Of a stretch of 64,000 nt of DNA, positions 14,145 to 27,777 are shown piece by piece; position 1 is the stretch's first letter, and every line of letters starts with the position of its first letter. The DNA comes from Octopus vulgaris (Eukaryota). Below the pieces are notes generated by a model. That model was not told the origin of the DNA, searched no databases, and saw only the letters and a list, made by a program, of their open reading frames with translations. Position numbers and translations under genes: made by a program. The stretch lies in assembly GCA_951406725.2 (NCBI GenBank), contig OX597817.1:114762001-114826000 (forward strand), written 5' to 3'.

Positions 14145-14350
14145 ATGCTGGGCTTCTTTCAGTTTCCATCTCTCAAATCGACTCACAGGGTTTTGGTTAG
14201 CCTGAAGCTATAATAGAAGACACTTGCTCATGGTGCCATATAGTTGAACTGAACCCGGAGCCAAAAGCCACTAGCAAAAGACGTCAGCATCAAAAGAGAG
14301 TAGCTTAAACCGTGGTTGGGAAGCAAGCTTCTTAGAATGCAGCGACACCT
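14145..14350 (-). mobile_element. SINE family A head half, carrying a foreign 54-bp insert
   Basis: Reverse-complement match to the family A head, with an insert at 14257-14310. Confidence 0.75.
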
Positions 14351-14684
14351 AGAGATAGATAGATAGATAGATAGATATAGATATACATATTTGAATGTAT
14401 ATGCATGTGCATGTAAGTACAGTTAAATCACAGTGACAAAAATATTAAGTAGCACATTGAAATAAACATATATTCTGTACCTACTCTGAGCACAAATGCA
14501 TTTCTAGCAATTAGAAATTCATAAAATATAAATATATATTTTATGTATATAGTCACTCCATTTATTTGAGGCCAGTAGACAAATAGGCAAAAGTCCTGAC
14601 ATAAAATATTTGATTTTCAAGTATGCATTTCATCTTTTATCATATACGTATGCATATCATACACACACGCACATAGACACACAG

Positions 14685-14742
<58 letters not shown>

Positions 14743-14842
14743 CTATATTGTACATATATACATATGTGTGTGTATGTATATATATAATGTGTGTACATAT
14801 ATATATATATACACACACACACATACACTTGTATACACATGA

Positions 14843-14884
<42 letters not shown>

Positions 14885-14939
14885 GGGCGGCAAAAGTCAT
14901 ACACAAAATAAGTTCAATAAACTCCAGAATTGTCGAAGA

Positions 14940-15279
14940 ACTTATTCTTTGTAAGCCTGGTACTTATTCTATTGCTCTCTTTTGCCGAACTGCTAAGTTA
15001 CGGGAATGTAAACACACCAACATTGGTTGTCAAGCAATGTTGGGAGGACAAGCGCACAAACATATACACACACATACATATATACAGACATACACAGACA
15101 CACACAGACACACATATATATGAGGGGCTTCTTTTAGTTTCTGTCTACCAAATCCACTCACAAGGCTTTGGTTGGCCCAAGGCTATAGTAGAAGACACTT
15201 GCCCAAGGTGCCACACAGTGGGACTGGACCCGGAACCATGTGGTTGGTAAGCAAGATACTACCACACAGCCACTCCTGC

Positions 15280-15280
<1 letters not shown>
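14940..15280 (-). mobile_element. SINE family A
   Basis: Reverse-complement match including the head cacacagccactcctgcg. Confidence 0.85.
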
Positions 15281-15320
<40 letters not shown>

Positions 15321-15402
15321 TCCAATCCATGCCAGTATGAAACGCGAACGTTAAATGATGATGATGCTGTATGTATAAAGTATAGGAATATATGTATATG
15401 TG

Positions 15403-15443
<41 letters not shown>

Positions 15444-15631
15444 ATATAGGCATGTGTGTATGTATACGTATAACACACAAATTATATTCCTACTGAATAT
15501 TCATTTTCATATATTTCTAGTTGAAGATGGTTTGCACAGTGTCTCTCTCTGCATGCACATATTTGTGCATATATGCTTGTGTGCATCTATGAATGCATGT
15601 GTATGTGTGTGCATATCCATTTCTGCATGTG

Positions 15632-15671
<40 letters not shown>

Positions 15672-16070
15672 GATATATATATGTATATATATATGGGCTA
15701 GAAGGGAGAGATAGAGTTTCTGTTACTCACACAGCACACACACATATACACTACTCCTGACAACAATATGTGCCAAGAAAAATGATATATAATGCAACTA
15801 CCCACATACTTGCACACACACTCAGGCAAACCCGCTTTTGCAGGCATGGAAAAAAAAAAAAAACTGGCCAAGTGAAAATACAAAAAGAAAAGAAAAGAAA
15901 CCCAGCTAGGCCTACAGACACAAAAATCTTTTTCATTCTAGCTTTTACAAGCTAAAACTCATCATTTATTTGCACATATTTGCCAATAAAATGTAATAAA
16001 TCTAGATTTTTCTCTGTCATGGAAAATAGGCAGAAAGCTATCATTACCGGGTCAGTTTTTTGGATGAGTA

Positions 16071-16095
16071 AATAATAATAATACTAATAATAATG

Positions 16096-16147
<52 letters not shown>

Positions 16148-16191
16148 TGATGATGATGATGATGATGATGCTAATAATGATTAAAATAATG

Positions 16192-16233
<42 letters not shown>
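16071..16233 (+). repeat. (AAT)n/(GAT)n microsatellite (representative of dozens of TA, CA, TACA, GACA and TATC microsatellites)
   Basis: Directly visible simple repeat. Confidence 0.95.
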
Positions 16234-16749
16234 TTCATAATATTTTAGAATTTTTTGTTTTTCAGTGGCTGTAGTTGAGTGTGTATGTATGTGTATAAAT
16301 GTGTGCACATATGTGTGTGCATGTGTGTGTGTTGTGTGTATGTGTGTATGTGTAGGTTTGTCTCTGAGTGTACTATTGTCTAGGTCTAACCATCTATTAA
16401 TCTTTCTATCCAAATGTAAATAAATATATGTATACACACATATATATATAAGCATATGTGTGTATGCACATGTGTATGTGTTAATATGTATATTTGTATG
16501 TGTGTGTGTATCCCTGTAGGTTTCATCATATTAAACAAATCTTAAAGATACAAAATACTCAATATATCAGGATGAGGACTTGTTATATTCTTTATTTGAT
16601 GATCAATATTCTAAGTTAAATCTGTTTTATTTCTAAGTGAATCAACTCTTTACTAGTTGGCAAATAAAAAATATACATAGTGGCATGGCAAGATGGATCT
16701 TAAGATTATGTTATAGAATATATTTTATTATTATTGTTATTATTATTAT

Positions 16750-17201
16750 GTTTTTTTCTTCTTTCTTCAAATTTTCTTCCGTTTCTCGCTGAGTGTTTTC
16801 CATACACCTAGGGCAGAGAAGCTCATTGTATGCATTCCCAGATTACACGCGCAAATTCACAGACAAAATATGTATTTGAAAATTAATAAATAAATAAATT
16901 CTTGGATGGATGTTGTTTTCACAGCGATAGTGCTCTTCTCAGTACATGAGCCGTTCCAGTTAATACGATTTTTTGCACTTCCTTTAGGGATGGTAAGCCT
17001 GGAATCATTTTCAAATAAGTTTCAGTACCTATTTTTTATCATTCCTAGAGATCCTACAATCACTGGTACTGTAGTCGCCTTGAGATGCTACATTTTTTCA
17101 ATTTCTATTAGCAGGTCTTTATATTTACTAATCTTGTCAAATTCTTTCACCGCTATATTGTGATCACAGGGAATACTCATGTCAATTAATAAACACATCC
17201 T
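16750..17201 (-). mobile_element. 5'-truncated R4/Dong-like non-LTR retrotransposon (restriction-like endonuclease C-terminus plus 3' UTR)
   Basis: Reads CLLIDMSIPCDHNIAVKEFDKISKYKDLLIEIEKM*HLKATTVPVIVGSLGMIK..LKEVQKIVLTGTAHVLRRALSL* (stop at 16919-16921). (TTA)n flanks both sides. Confidence 0.85.
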
Positions 17202-17230
17202 TTTTATTATTATTATTATTATTTTTATTA

Positions 17231-17262
<32 letters not shown>

Positions 17263-17277
17263 GTTATCATTATTATT

Positions 17278-17783
17278 GAGTGAGAGAGCATACCATCATA
17301 GTGACACTGGGATAAAATATACAAAGCCCAGTATTCCGATCATAACTACCCATCTGATAAGGGTATACCAATCACATGCATCACAACCATATGTGTGTAA
17401 CATGGTGATCGTATATTAAGATAAACAGTGCATGTCCTTGCAGGTGGGGTTCAGTTAGGATTTTCTTCAGGTCGAGTAGCCCATCCTGCTCAAAAGGTCT
17501 CTGAATAAGGGTTGTTTAAGGATGTTTAATGAAACACCCATGTTTTCAAAGGTGAATTACCCAAACCCCAAAGAATTCCTCTCAATACTCGGCTATGATG
17601 CTCCCCCACTACTTCTGCTCATGATCAGAGATGCACGGTCAAACAACTGACAAGGAAATCTGGCATTGAGCAGAATATTTGCTGTAGCCCGTCTTTTATA
17701 CCAAGACAAAACAATGTACATAATAACACTTCCAATCAGTTAAGATCAGAAGCCATGAGTGCCGCTGCCTGGTACTGCATCAG
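17278..17783 (-). mobile_element. Unclassified ~500-bp interspersed repeat inserted in a trinucleotide microsatellite
   Basis: Complex sequence bounded by (TTA)n and (CTA)n. A partial inverted copy lies at ~28990-29165. Confidence 0.6.
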
Positions 17784-17784
17784 G

Positions 17785-17834
<50 letters not shown>

Positions 17835-18520
17835 AACCACCACCACCACCACCACTACTACTACTATTCATCATCATTATTATTATTGTTGTTGTTGTTA
17901 TCATTTAAGACAGTTTAGTTTGGCTCCATATGACTTGCAGTTATGCAGGCTCTTTACAGAAACATAGTTTGTCCATGTTGAGATAGCTGAAGGAAAAGAT
18001 GCAGGAAGTTTAAGGTTACTGGAAACTGTGCTGCTATTGGTCAAGGCAGGTCACATGGTATTTTTAGGCGTGAGATTAGCTTTTCAGCAACACCAGATGC
18101 ATTAGAAAAGAGAATTTCTTGGACCTTGTGGTTGAACAAGAAACTGGTGACATCTTGGTGTCTGGCCAGCTTTTGAGGGACTTGAAGGTCAACAGAAATA
18201 TGTGTGGATGTGAGTATTGATGCCTATGTATGGACGTGGGTGTATGTTGTCTATCCCTGCCATCATTTGATAATTGCTGTTGGTTTGTTTTCTGTACTCT
18301 TACTTAGTATAGTATTTCAGCTTAAGATATTGATAGAATACGTACCCAACTTTAAAAAAAAATATGGGCGTTGACTTTGTCACCTAAACCAGTGGTTCTC
18401 AACCATTTATTTTTTACTTGTGGAACTATTTGGTTCCTATTTTATTTTACTGCACCTTCATAACCATTTGATGCTTAAAAATATATATATATTAAATATA
18501 TATATATATATACATATACA

Positions 18521-18551
<31 letters not shown>

Positions 18552-18758
18552 GTATGTGTGTGTGTAGAATATTAGGGGTTTAGTTCACTGGGATTATACT
18601 TAAGAACCTATGCCTTCACAGAAGTACAGACCAAATTCCATACCCTCTCAAAGAAGATGAGCTCTGAACTTTATTCTCCAGTCCGTATTCTTCTATCTAC
18701 TATTTTTTCCTTTATAATCTGTGAATTTCCTGTCTTGAGTTTTCATACATACTCACCT

Positions 18759-18836
18759 TGTCTCTGATGGTGGAATACCCAGTGTAAGGAAATGCTAACC
18801 TATCACTTGGGATATCCCAGAAACAGCTGTAAAACA
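18759..18836 (+). ncRNA. Decayed hammerhead motif with long helix II
   Basis: tgtct-CTGATGg-tgg(aataccc agtg..cact tgggatat)cca-GAAA-cagctg-TA-aaaca. One core substitution is present. Confidence 0.55.
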
Positions 18837-19131
18837 TCCAGTAGTCAATTGATTAATTAAATAACTAATTAATTAATTACCTCAAATTCACCTTACACTA
18901 ATTAAATATTCTAAATGACTTGAGATACTTGTCCTGCCTTGGTTTTTATTGTCTTTTTCCCCTTTATATATATATGTGTGTATTTTTCTATTCTATTTTC
19001 ATTCCCTGTTTATTTCTGTGTTCCTTTCTGTCAAAGAGCGTAGGCTCGAAACATAAAAGACTTTCTCGCTTATGTCTGTTTGTTGTTTACACACCTGTCT
19101 TTGCCTTTTGTTTCTTGTAACTTCTCACATA

Positions 19132-19459
19132 GGTGTAGGAGTGGCTGTGTGGTAAGTAGCTTGCTTACCAACCACATGGTTCCGGGCTCATTCCCACTGC
19201 ATGGCACCTTGGGCAAGTGTCTTTTACTATAGCCTCAGGCCGACCAAAGCCTCGTGAGTGGATTTGGTTGACGGAAACTGAAAGAAGTCCGTCGTATATA
19301 TGTATATATATATGTGTGTGTATATGTTTGTGTGTCTGTATTTACGTCCCCGTAAACTAGCGGTTCGGCAAAAGAGACCGATAGAATAAGTACTAGACTT
19401 GAGCAAAGGCGGTACTCCAGCATGGCCACAGTCAAATGACTGAAACAAGTAAAAGAGTA
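19132..19459 (+). mobile_element. SINE family A with internal deletions
   Basis: Head ggtgtaggagtggctgtgtggtaag through to tail aaacaagtaaaagagta. Confidence 0.85.
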
Positions 19460-19484
19460 TATGTATGTGTATATATATATATAT

Positions 19485-19528
<44 letters not shown>

Positions 19529-20996
19529 CATGTATGTATGTATGTATATATATATATATATATCATCATCATCATCATCGTTTAGCGTCTGTTTTCCATG
19601 CTAGCATGGGTTGGACGGTAATATAATGTATGTATATCTAACTATATGTGTGTCTTTTATATATATGTGTGTGTATATATCTAACTATATGTGTACATAC
19701 ACACACACGCACACACACAAACACAACAAATGTCCTCTCACACACACATACACACACACTCTCTCTCACTCTTTTCTCTCTCTCTCTCTTTTCTGCTGTT
19801 GTTTAGTCCTGCATCAACTCTGATGACGCTAATCTGTGGCCAAAGACATTTGCATCATGACAATCTTGTCTTTTTGTATAGCAGAGATTCCACTATCCAT
19901 TGTGTTCTGGCTGCTGTCTTGCCATGTCAGCTGACATCATGGAGGCTCTTTGTAACTTTACATACATGTGTGTGGATACGTGTGCATGTGGATGTATGCA
20001 AATAAACATGCACATGTGTGTGTTTATGCATATTATGTATAAATGTGTTTGCGTGCAAATATATGTATGTGCTCATCTATGTATGTGTATATCCATGTAT
20101 TTTTGTATGTGTTTGTGCATATAGTGTTATGTTATCCTTTCCCACTCTCCTCTCCCCCCTCCCCTTTCAAATTTACTGGCATTCCTTTTATTTTCTCTAC
20201 TGGCTCAACATTCCCCACTCCTTCCACAAACACTTATCACCTCTTTCCTCTACTTCCGCTTCTCCTCTTCTTCCTTACTTCTCCTCTTTCTTCTCCCTTA
20301 CCTCTCCTCTTTTTTTTCTGTCTTACCTCTCTAATCCTGATTTATTTACATTTCTTCTCTCTCACAAAGGTTCTGCCTAGAAACTTCAGTCTTCTCTGTC
20401 TTCATAGCATAAAATTTATTCCTCTGTCTTGAATTATTTTTTATTAGCGAGATGTAATATTTATCCCCACTTAATATGGATGTTCTGTTAGAACAAACAA
20501 CACCATGAAAGAAACTCTCATATTGGCTTTTGGTGCAAAATACATGCTTGTTTATATTGCTAGTTGGGGGATAGATCCGCACCAGATCACATGACTTCGA
20601 CCTTCCATGATCTTGTCAATGACAAACATTTGACCACCAGAAATAGCAGTGACTGATCTTCTTGCCAGCAATATGTAGCAAAACAGTGCCAGAATAGGTG
20701 CTGATATTGCAATAAGCCAGTGAACTTATAAATCCCTGCTATCTCCAGTACCAAGACCACCAGGTCACATGATTTTGACCTTCCTTGGTATTCTCAGTGA
20801 TGGACACTCAACTGCTAGAGATAGCAGCAACACATCTCCTCACCAGCAATATAGAGAAAAACAATACTAGTACAAGCACTGGTGTCATGATAAGTGAGTG
20901 AGCTTGTTAAAAAATATATATTATTGACAGAGACAGTATTAATTCCAAGAGATAATATTTATCCCCACATAAACATGGATGTTCTATCCCCACTTA

Positions 20997-21207
20997 CCCT
21001 TTCATTACTGTATTTATTTTGAGATGCTCTGTGTTTCTTTCAATTACTTTAAATATAACAAAGAATTTAGTAAAATAACTTAGTTATCATTCAGCTAGTG
21101 TTAGGAACATAAATTGTGACTAAGGTTTGGTGGAAGATTTTAATTCAAAACAAGACATTTGTACACAGAGCCAGAGCTGGTTTCAGCCAGGTTAGTAATG
21201 AAAGTCG
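20997..21207. mobile_element. piggyBac-like MITE
   Basis: Termini ccctttcattac...gtaatgaaagtcg with TTA(A) flanks. It interrupts the locally duplicated sequence atccccacttaaacatggatgttct. Confidence 0.7.
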
Positions 21208-22408
21208 TTAAACATGGATGTTCTGTCAGAACAAACTATACTGTGGCAGATATCATGAGAGAAACTCTCATATTGGCTTTTGGTGCAAGCTGCACTCTTG
21301 TTTGTATTGCAAGCTGGGAAGTAAATCTTTGCCAACTCCAGTGCTAAGTATCACTAGTTTAATCAAATTCTTTTGTCACACAAAATATAATATTTATGGA
21401 TGTGCTGTGAGTTTAAGAAATTTGCTTTGCATCCTGAGGTTTCAGGTTCAATCCTACCTTGAGCAAGTGTCTTCTACTCTAGCCTGGGTTGGCCAATGCC
21501 TTGTTAGCAAAATCTGATTGATGAAACAGAATGGAAGCTCATCATACACATTCACTCACACATTTTCATTTATATAATATCTACGTGTGTATTTGTGTGT
21601 ATGTGTGTTTATGTGTGTGTGTGTGTGCGCTTATTTCTGCATGTCTTTATATTGGTTTCAAATTTTGGCACAAGGCCAGCAAGTTTGGGGTAGGGTTAAG
21701 TTGATTACATCGACCCCCAGTATTCAACTGGTACTTATTTTATTGACCGCTAAAGGATGACAGGCAAAGTCAACCTCAGCAGAATTTGAACTCAGAACGT
21801 AAAAACAGACAAAATGCCACTAAGCATTTTTGCCTTGCCTGGCATGCAAACAATTTTGGCAGCCTTCTATCTTTGCATGTCTTTATATTGGCACAAGTTT
21901 GGCAGAGAGGATGTTGTTTATGTTTATTGCAAACAAAATATCTAACAGTTTAATGTCTGAAGTGGATTAAAAGTGCTTTACTTCAAAACAAGAAAGAAAC
22001 GGATTCAGGAAGCACATCCCTTTGTACACAACTGCCTCAAGAAGTATCATCTTAACTAGTGGTTCTCAACCATTTTTTATCTAAGGATCCCTTTGATTAC
22101 TATTTTATTCTAGCGGGTGTCCCCTTATCTAGCCATTTGATGTTTAAAAACTGGTTTTACAGATATTTATTTCTAAATTCCTATTTTGGTTTTCGCACAG
22201 TAGTGTTGAAATGTTAGCTAAAATTACATTAAAACATTTGTCTTCATATTTTGTCATGTTCATGCTAATTATTATCTGCTTTTTATTATTTTTTTTTGTC
22301 TGAGATGATTTATATCAATATTTTTTTAAGCTACTTTCCTGAGATGTTCACAAAAGAAAATAAATTAATGCAAAAATAAAGGTACCGAGTTTAAATATTG
22401 ATGTTGTT

Positions 22409-22714
22409 CAAGGGTTCTCAACCATTTTTTATCTATGGACTCCCTTGATTACTATTTTATTCTAGTAGACCCCCATAGCCATTTGACATTTAGAAACTGG
22501 TTTTACCAATATTTCTTTCAAATTGACTATTTTGTTTTTCACACAATAACTTATGTAGATTGAACTATGTAAAATGTTAGAGAAAGAAATCCAGCTGTTT
22601 CAGGGGCCCTTGAAATACTATTGTGGGTCCTCAATTTGCTATTTTGTTGTGTGGATCCCCAAAAATCTTATATGGACCCTCAGGAGCCATATAGACTCCT
22701 GCTAAGAACCATTA
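22409..22714 (+). mobile_element. hAT MITE, same family as 1637-1984 (partial copies at ~22059-22200 and ~18390-18480)
   Basis: Co-linear similarity to 1637-1984 with decayed TIRs, followed by atctagac. Confidence 0.8.
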
Positions 22715-22854
22715 ATCTAGACTATGCTAGCGCTGGTGGTGGTGGTGGTGGTGATGATGATGATGATGACTGATTGTGATGGAGGTGGTAATGATTGTGG
22801 TGATGTTGATGAGGTTGGTAATGAGGATGATGAAGGTGGTCATTGTGGCAGCAG

Positions 22855-22886
<32 letters not shown>

Positions 22887-22934
22887 AACCCATTAAGTTA
22901 TGGAGATGTAAACACACCCTCACTGATTTTGTGT

Positions 22935-22966
<32 letters not shown>

Positions 22967-23667
22967 AGGATGGGGTTCTTTCAGTTTCCACCTGCCAAAT
23001 CCTCTCAGAAGGCTTTGGTTGGCCCAAGGCTATAGAAGATACTTGTCCAAGGTGCCATGCAGTAGTACTGAACTTGGATCCATGTGTTTGAGAAGCAAAC
23101 TTTGTACCATACAAGCTACACCTGCACCTATGCCATACCTCTGATCTGGCTGCTATTTTTAGTAGGAGGCCAAGTGCTATATTTAGTAGGTGGCCAAGTG
23201 GCTATGAAGGGATTCTTTCATTGGCTTGAAATATTACCATTTGTTGTAAAACCTTTATTTAGGAAATTTATGATCAAAGACATTCCAGCCATTGCAATTT
23301 TAATGTATATATACACACTGTCTACATTATCCAACATATCCTTCTATGTTTAAGATTGTGGTGGTATGATTCAAGTGAAATTTGCCTGCTATTTTAAGCA
23401 GGGTGATGTGAATGTAGGATCTCCATTTATTAGCTCAAATTATTACTGGCAGCAGATTGCAATTTACTGAATCAACATGATTCTTTCTCCTATAAAACCT
23501 GTTTTGGGTAAAAGAAATCATTACATAAATGCCAAAGCATTTTCCTTATTTTCAGATTCTGTAGCTGTAAGAGGAGTGGGAAGAGAGAGGAACAGTAAAG
23601 GGGGAATGAAGAAAAACAATAAGATAGAGGGACATAAATAGATTGATAGGTAAAGAGATAGACAAAC

Positions 23668-23708
<41 letters not shown>

Positions 23709-24281
23709 GAGAGAGAGAGACAGACAGACAGACAGCAAGATAGATATATCCATAGGTAGAGCTAGCTAGATAGATAGATAGATAGATAGATATGTAACTA
23801 GTTAGACATACACAACCCACATTGATAGGTAGAAAGATAGAGATAGATACAAAGCTACACAAATAGACAAATAGATAGATATACTGTATACAAATAAATA
23901 TTCATTGAGAGATAAAACACAAATAGATTTTTTTCCTCATGTAAGATGTTTCTTCGTATTTTATGTCCAAAATATTTCCCAACTTTTTTCTTTAATAGTT
24001 TTTCTATTGAAAGCTTAGACAGGTTGGAAGTTTCAGGCTGACATTCTGAGTAATTTCCCTTAGTGATTTATTTATTCTTTGACATATAGCCAGTTGTAAA
24101 GTTGATAGACTTCAACAAACAGCAAAATTTTTAAATCTGAAGAATTTTTCCTAAATGTAACTTCACATATTACACACACACACACACATATATATATCTA
24201 CCTACCTATATATGACCGCGTGTGCACCATTGGCGATTTTTTTTTTCTGTCTTCCCTTCTCTGGATCTTTCCCTCTCCTAT

Positions 24282-24316
24282 GTTTCCGACGAAGAGCTTC
24301 ACTCGAAACGTTAAAC
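24282..24316 (+). ncRNA. Minimal hammerhead-like motif (CCGA core variant)
   Basis: gttt-CCGACGAA-gag cttca ctc-GAAA-cg-TT-aaac. Confidence 0.55.
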
Positions 24317-24387
24317 CCTCCTTCTTTCCTTCTTTCCACGTCCTCACGTTGTTGTGTTTTTTTGTGCTTTCATGTTTGGATTAACTT

Positions 24388-24418
<31 letters not shown>

Positions 24419-24419
<1 letters not shown>

Positions 24420-24575
24420 TTATTTAAAAGCAGCAGAAATATAACAAAAGCTGTTACTCAGAGTTTCACATTTCCTGTTTGTCAGACAGTTTTTTTTTAA
24501 CAAAACTGTCTGACGAATGGGAACGTGAAACTCTGAGTAACAGCTTTTGTTATATTTCTGCTGCTTTTAAATAAA
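24419..24575. repeat. Inverted repeat hairpin (~75-bp arms) between (TA)n tracts
   Basis: tttatttaaaagcagcagaaatataacaaaagctgttactcagagtttcac... is mirrored at 24502-24575. Confidence 0.95.
24506..24543 (+). ncRNA. Minimal type I hammerhead ribozyme motif
   Basis: ctgt-CTGACGA-atg ggaa cgt-GAAA-ctc t gag-TA-acag. A decayed mirror copy lies on the minus strand in the left arm of the same hairpin. Confidence 0.75.
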
Positions 24576-24645
24576 ACATCTTACTCTACTTTTGGTATTT
24601 GAGTACTTTTTTTTCCACCTTGTTTCACATTTATGTGCTTATACT

Positions 24646-24714
<69 letters not shown>

Positions 24715-25961
24715 GTGACTCAGTGGATGATGTGTTGGAACTAAAGTGGGGGTTGTTGGGAGGTGATGCTCCAGAAGAAAGGGAGAGACATCAGATAACG
24801 AAACAAGAAATTTGAACAGCCTTTTCTCTAGATTAGCTGCTGGCAAGAGCAGACTGTGGACAAAGTCCTCACATAACTTAGATATGTGATGTTCTCAGGT
24901 TTTTTTTTCTACTGAAGGTGATATCATGGCCTGGATTAGGAAAATAAAGCTTTTCAAGAAATTGCATGGCATACAGAACATGGCCAGTGTTATGCCGTTG
25001 TACAAAAGGGAAGCACATAACTTATGTCTGTAAATGCACATGGCAGGGCAACTAAAGGTGGGAAAGAACTGAAGAGCAGCTGAAAGACACATATGCAGGA
25101 GGTGTGTTTATGTCATATAGCAAGCTAGGGAGAGTGCACTGGATGAGAGAACAGGTGGATAATTATGTGAGTAATTATGTCAGAAGACTAGCTGAACTAG
25201 CTGAACTAGCTAGAATTTTTCCAGTGCAGTAGTGGAGAAAGTTGTGAATCTGGCATTTGTGATGACAATGACAATGGAAAACTTGGTGGAAGGAAGGTAT
25301 GGATGCAAAACAATAGCCATGATTTTGTGGAAGTTGTGTCAGTGGAGCTTAGTAGAACATGCAGGCAAGTAGTGAATGGTGAAATCTTGAGAATAGCCGG
25401 AAAGTTGATATGGACATTTAAGGATCTGTGTTTTCAGGTGTTGGGGTTTGCACAGAGTCAGGGACTGCAAATTGTTGAAATAGCTTGTAGTCATCATCAT
25501 CATGATTTAACGTCTGTCTTCTATGCTAGCATGGGTTGGATGGTTTCACAGGAGCCAGCCTGGCAGAAAACTACACCAGGCTACTATGTCTATTTTGGCA
25601 TGGGTTTTATGGCTGGATGCCCTTCATAACACCAACCACCCTTTAGAGTGGACTGAGTGCTTTTTATGTGGCACCAGCACAGGCGAAGTCAGTTTTGCTA
25701 TCATTTTACTGCTGGATGCCCTTCCAAATGCCAACTACTTCACAGTGTGGACTGGATGCTTTTTACATGGCATCAGCTCTGTTAAGGTCACCAAGTAACT
25801 TGTAAGATAAGGAATTTTGAGAAGGAAGGTGCATTAGAAGGGGTGAACTTGTGTCAGATGATGAAAGATTAGAGTGTGACAGAGAGACAGAGGTAGAAAC
25901 AGGTGTTTTGCTGGAGGAGGTAACTAACTACTGGACCATGTGACTTCACCTACCTTCTTTT

Positions 25962-26121
25962 TTATCTCTTTTACTTGTTTCAGTCATTTGACTGTGACCA
26001 TGCTGGAGCACCACATTTAGGTGAGAAAATTGACCCCAGGACTTATTCTTTGGAAGCCTAGTTATTCTATTGGTCTCTTTTGTTGTCAAGTGATGTTGGG
26101 AGGACAAACACAGACACACAA

Positions 26122-26172
<51 letters not shown>

Positions 26173-26340
26173 CGTATATACGATGAGCTTCTTTCAGTTT
26201 CCATCTACCAAATTCACTCACAAGGCTTTGGTCAGCCCGAGGCTATAGTAGAAGACATTTACCCAAGGTGCCACACAGTGGGAATGAACCCAGAACTATG
26301 TGGTTGGTGAGCAAACTGCTTACCACACAGCCACTCCTGT
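25962..26340 (-). mobile_element. SINE family A
   Basis: Reverse-complement match with head and tail present. Confidence 0.85.
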
Positions 26341-26645
26341 GTCACACCTTCCTTGACTGGTATTTAATTTAACACTCAAGAAGTGCAAAAGGTAAAGTTG
26401 ACCTTGGTTAGATTTAAACTCAGAGCACAAAAAGCTTGAAGATGTAACTCCAGGCATTTTGTTCTATGTTCTATGCTCTAGTGACTTTGCCAATAACTGT
26501 GACTCAAATATTACATCTCTGTGCTGTTTAAAATTTATTCTTGTCTTCCAGCTTGTATATATTATACGTATATAAATATTTATAGATGTAAAACGTAAAA
26601 CAGCTACAACACAACTGCTAGCCTATGCTCACTGCTACTAGTATG

Positions 26646-26680
<35 letters not shown>

Positions 26681-27337
26681 GAAGAAAAAACAATCAAAAT
26701 ATAATTAGTAATTGTTTATTCATTAAGTGACATTTCTATGTCTTCTGGTAGACCTTTGCATTTTTATATCAATATTATGATGTGATGCACACAACAATAT
26801 CTTTAGCCTAAGGTATGTACGTATATCCATTTCATATTCTTATTGAAATCTGGTTTATAAATGACACTTGGAATATTTCTAGAGTAGATTTCATTGTTGA
26901 GTTCACTGAAATTATTTACCAGTTTGCTATTAAAAGTCACTAGGACACTCCAGTAAAATGAACCATTGATGGAGATTGCACTTAGTTAAGTTATCAGTAT
27001 GAATATTTTAATATTATTTTTTTCCATGTTCAAATTTCAGACAAGATAAGCCCCAAGTTCTAAATTGTAAATTGCATTCTTTCATTGTTTATTTAACAAA
27101 GGAAATTTTTCCTCTCTTCTTGTTGATAACTAATATAAAAAGAAGCGAACATTTTTTTAAGAATATAAAAAAAAACAAACTAAGTAGCTTATCAATAATG
27201 CCAGTAGTAAAGAAATTTTAGAACGTGGTGCATATGTATACATGTGTGTGTAATAAGTATATATGTGTGTGTGTGTGTGTAACACATACATATATAGTTA
27301 TTGATAGATAAATAGAGGCATATGGTATACATATACA

Positions 27338-27395
<58 letters not shown>

Positions 27396-27636
27396 AATAA
27401 TAACAAAGGGTAAAATTTATTAATTAAGAATTAATCAATAATTTCACCAAGTAGAATTCGGCTTGAAAAAAGGACCATTTCACGGTAAACCTAAGTAATA
27501 CTTAATAATTAGGGTTCAGCAAAGATTTGCTTTACCACATACCGAAGTTTAGAAATAGCAGCCAAAAACCCTTAGCTATTTCTTCTACTTTAAAAAGGGA
27601 CTCCCAGAGAAACCAAAATACTTGAAAACAATTCAC

Positions 27637-27671
<35 letters not shown>

Positions 27672-27777
27672 ATATGCCTGTATATAGGTGTATGTGGGTA
27701 TGTGTATGTATACACACACACACGTATGTGATATATATATATATGTTTTATTTTATTTTTTATTTATCTATTTATAT

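Noticed and set aside
24800-25480. Possible Penelope ORF relic on the minus strand
   Set aside because: It is too decayed and no diagnostic motif could be read.
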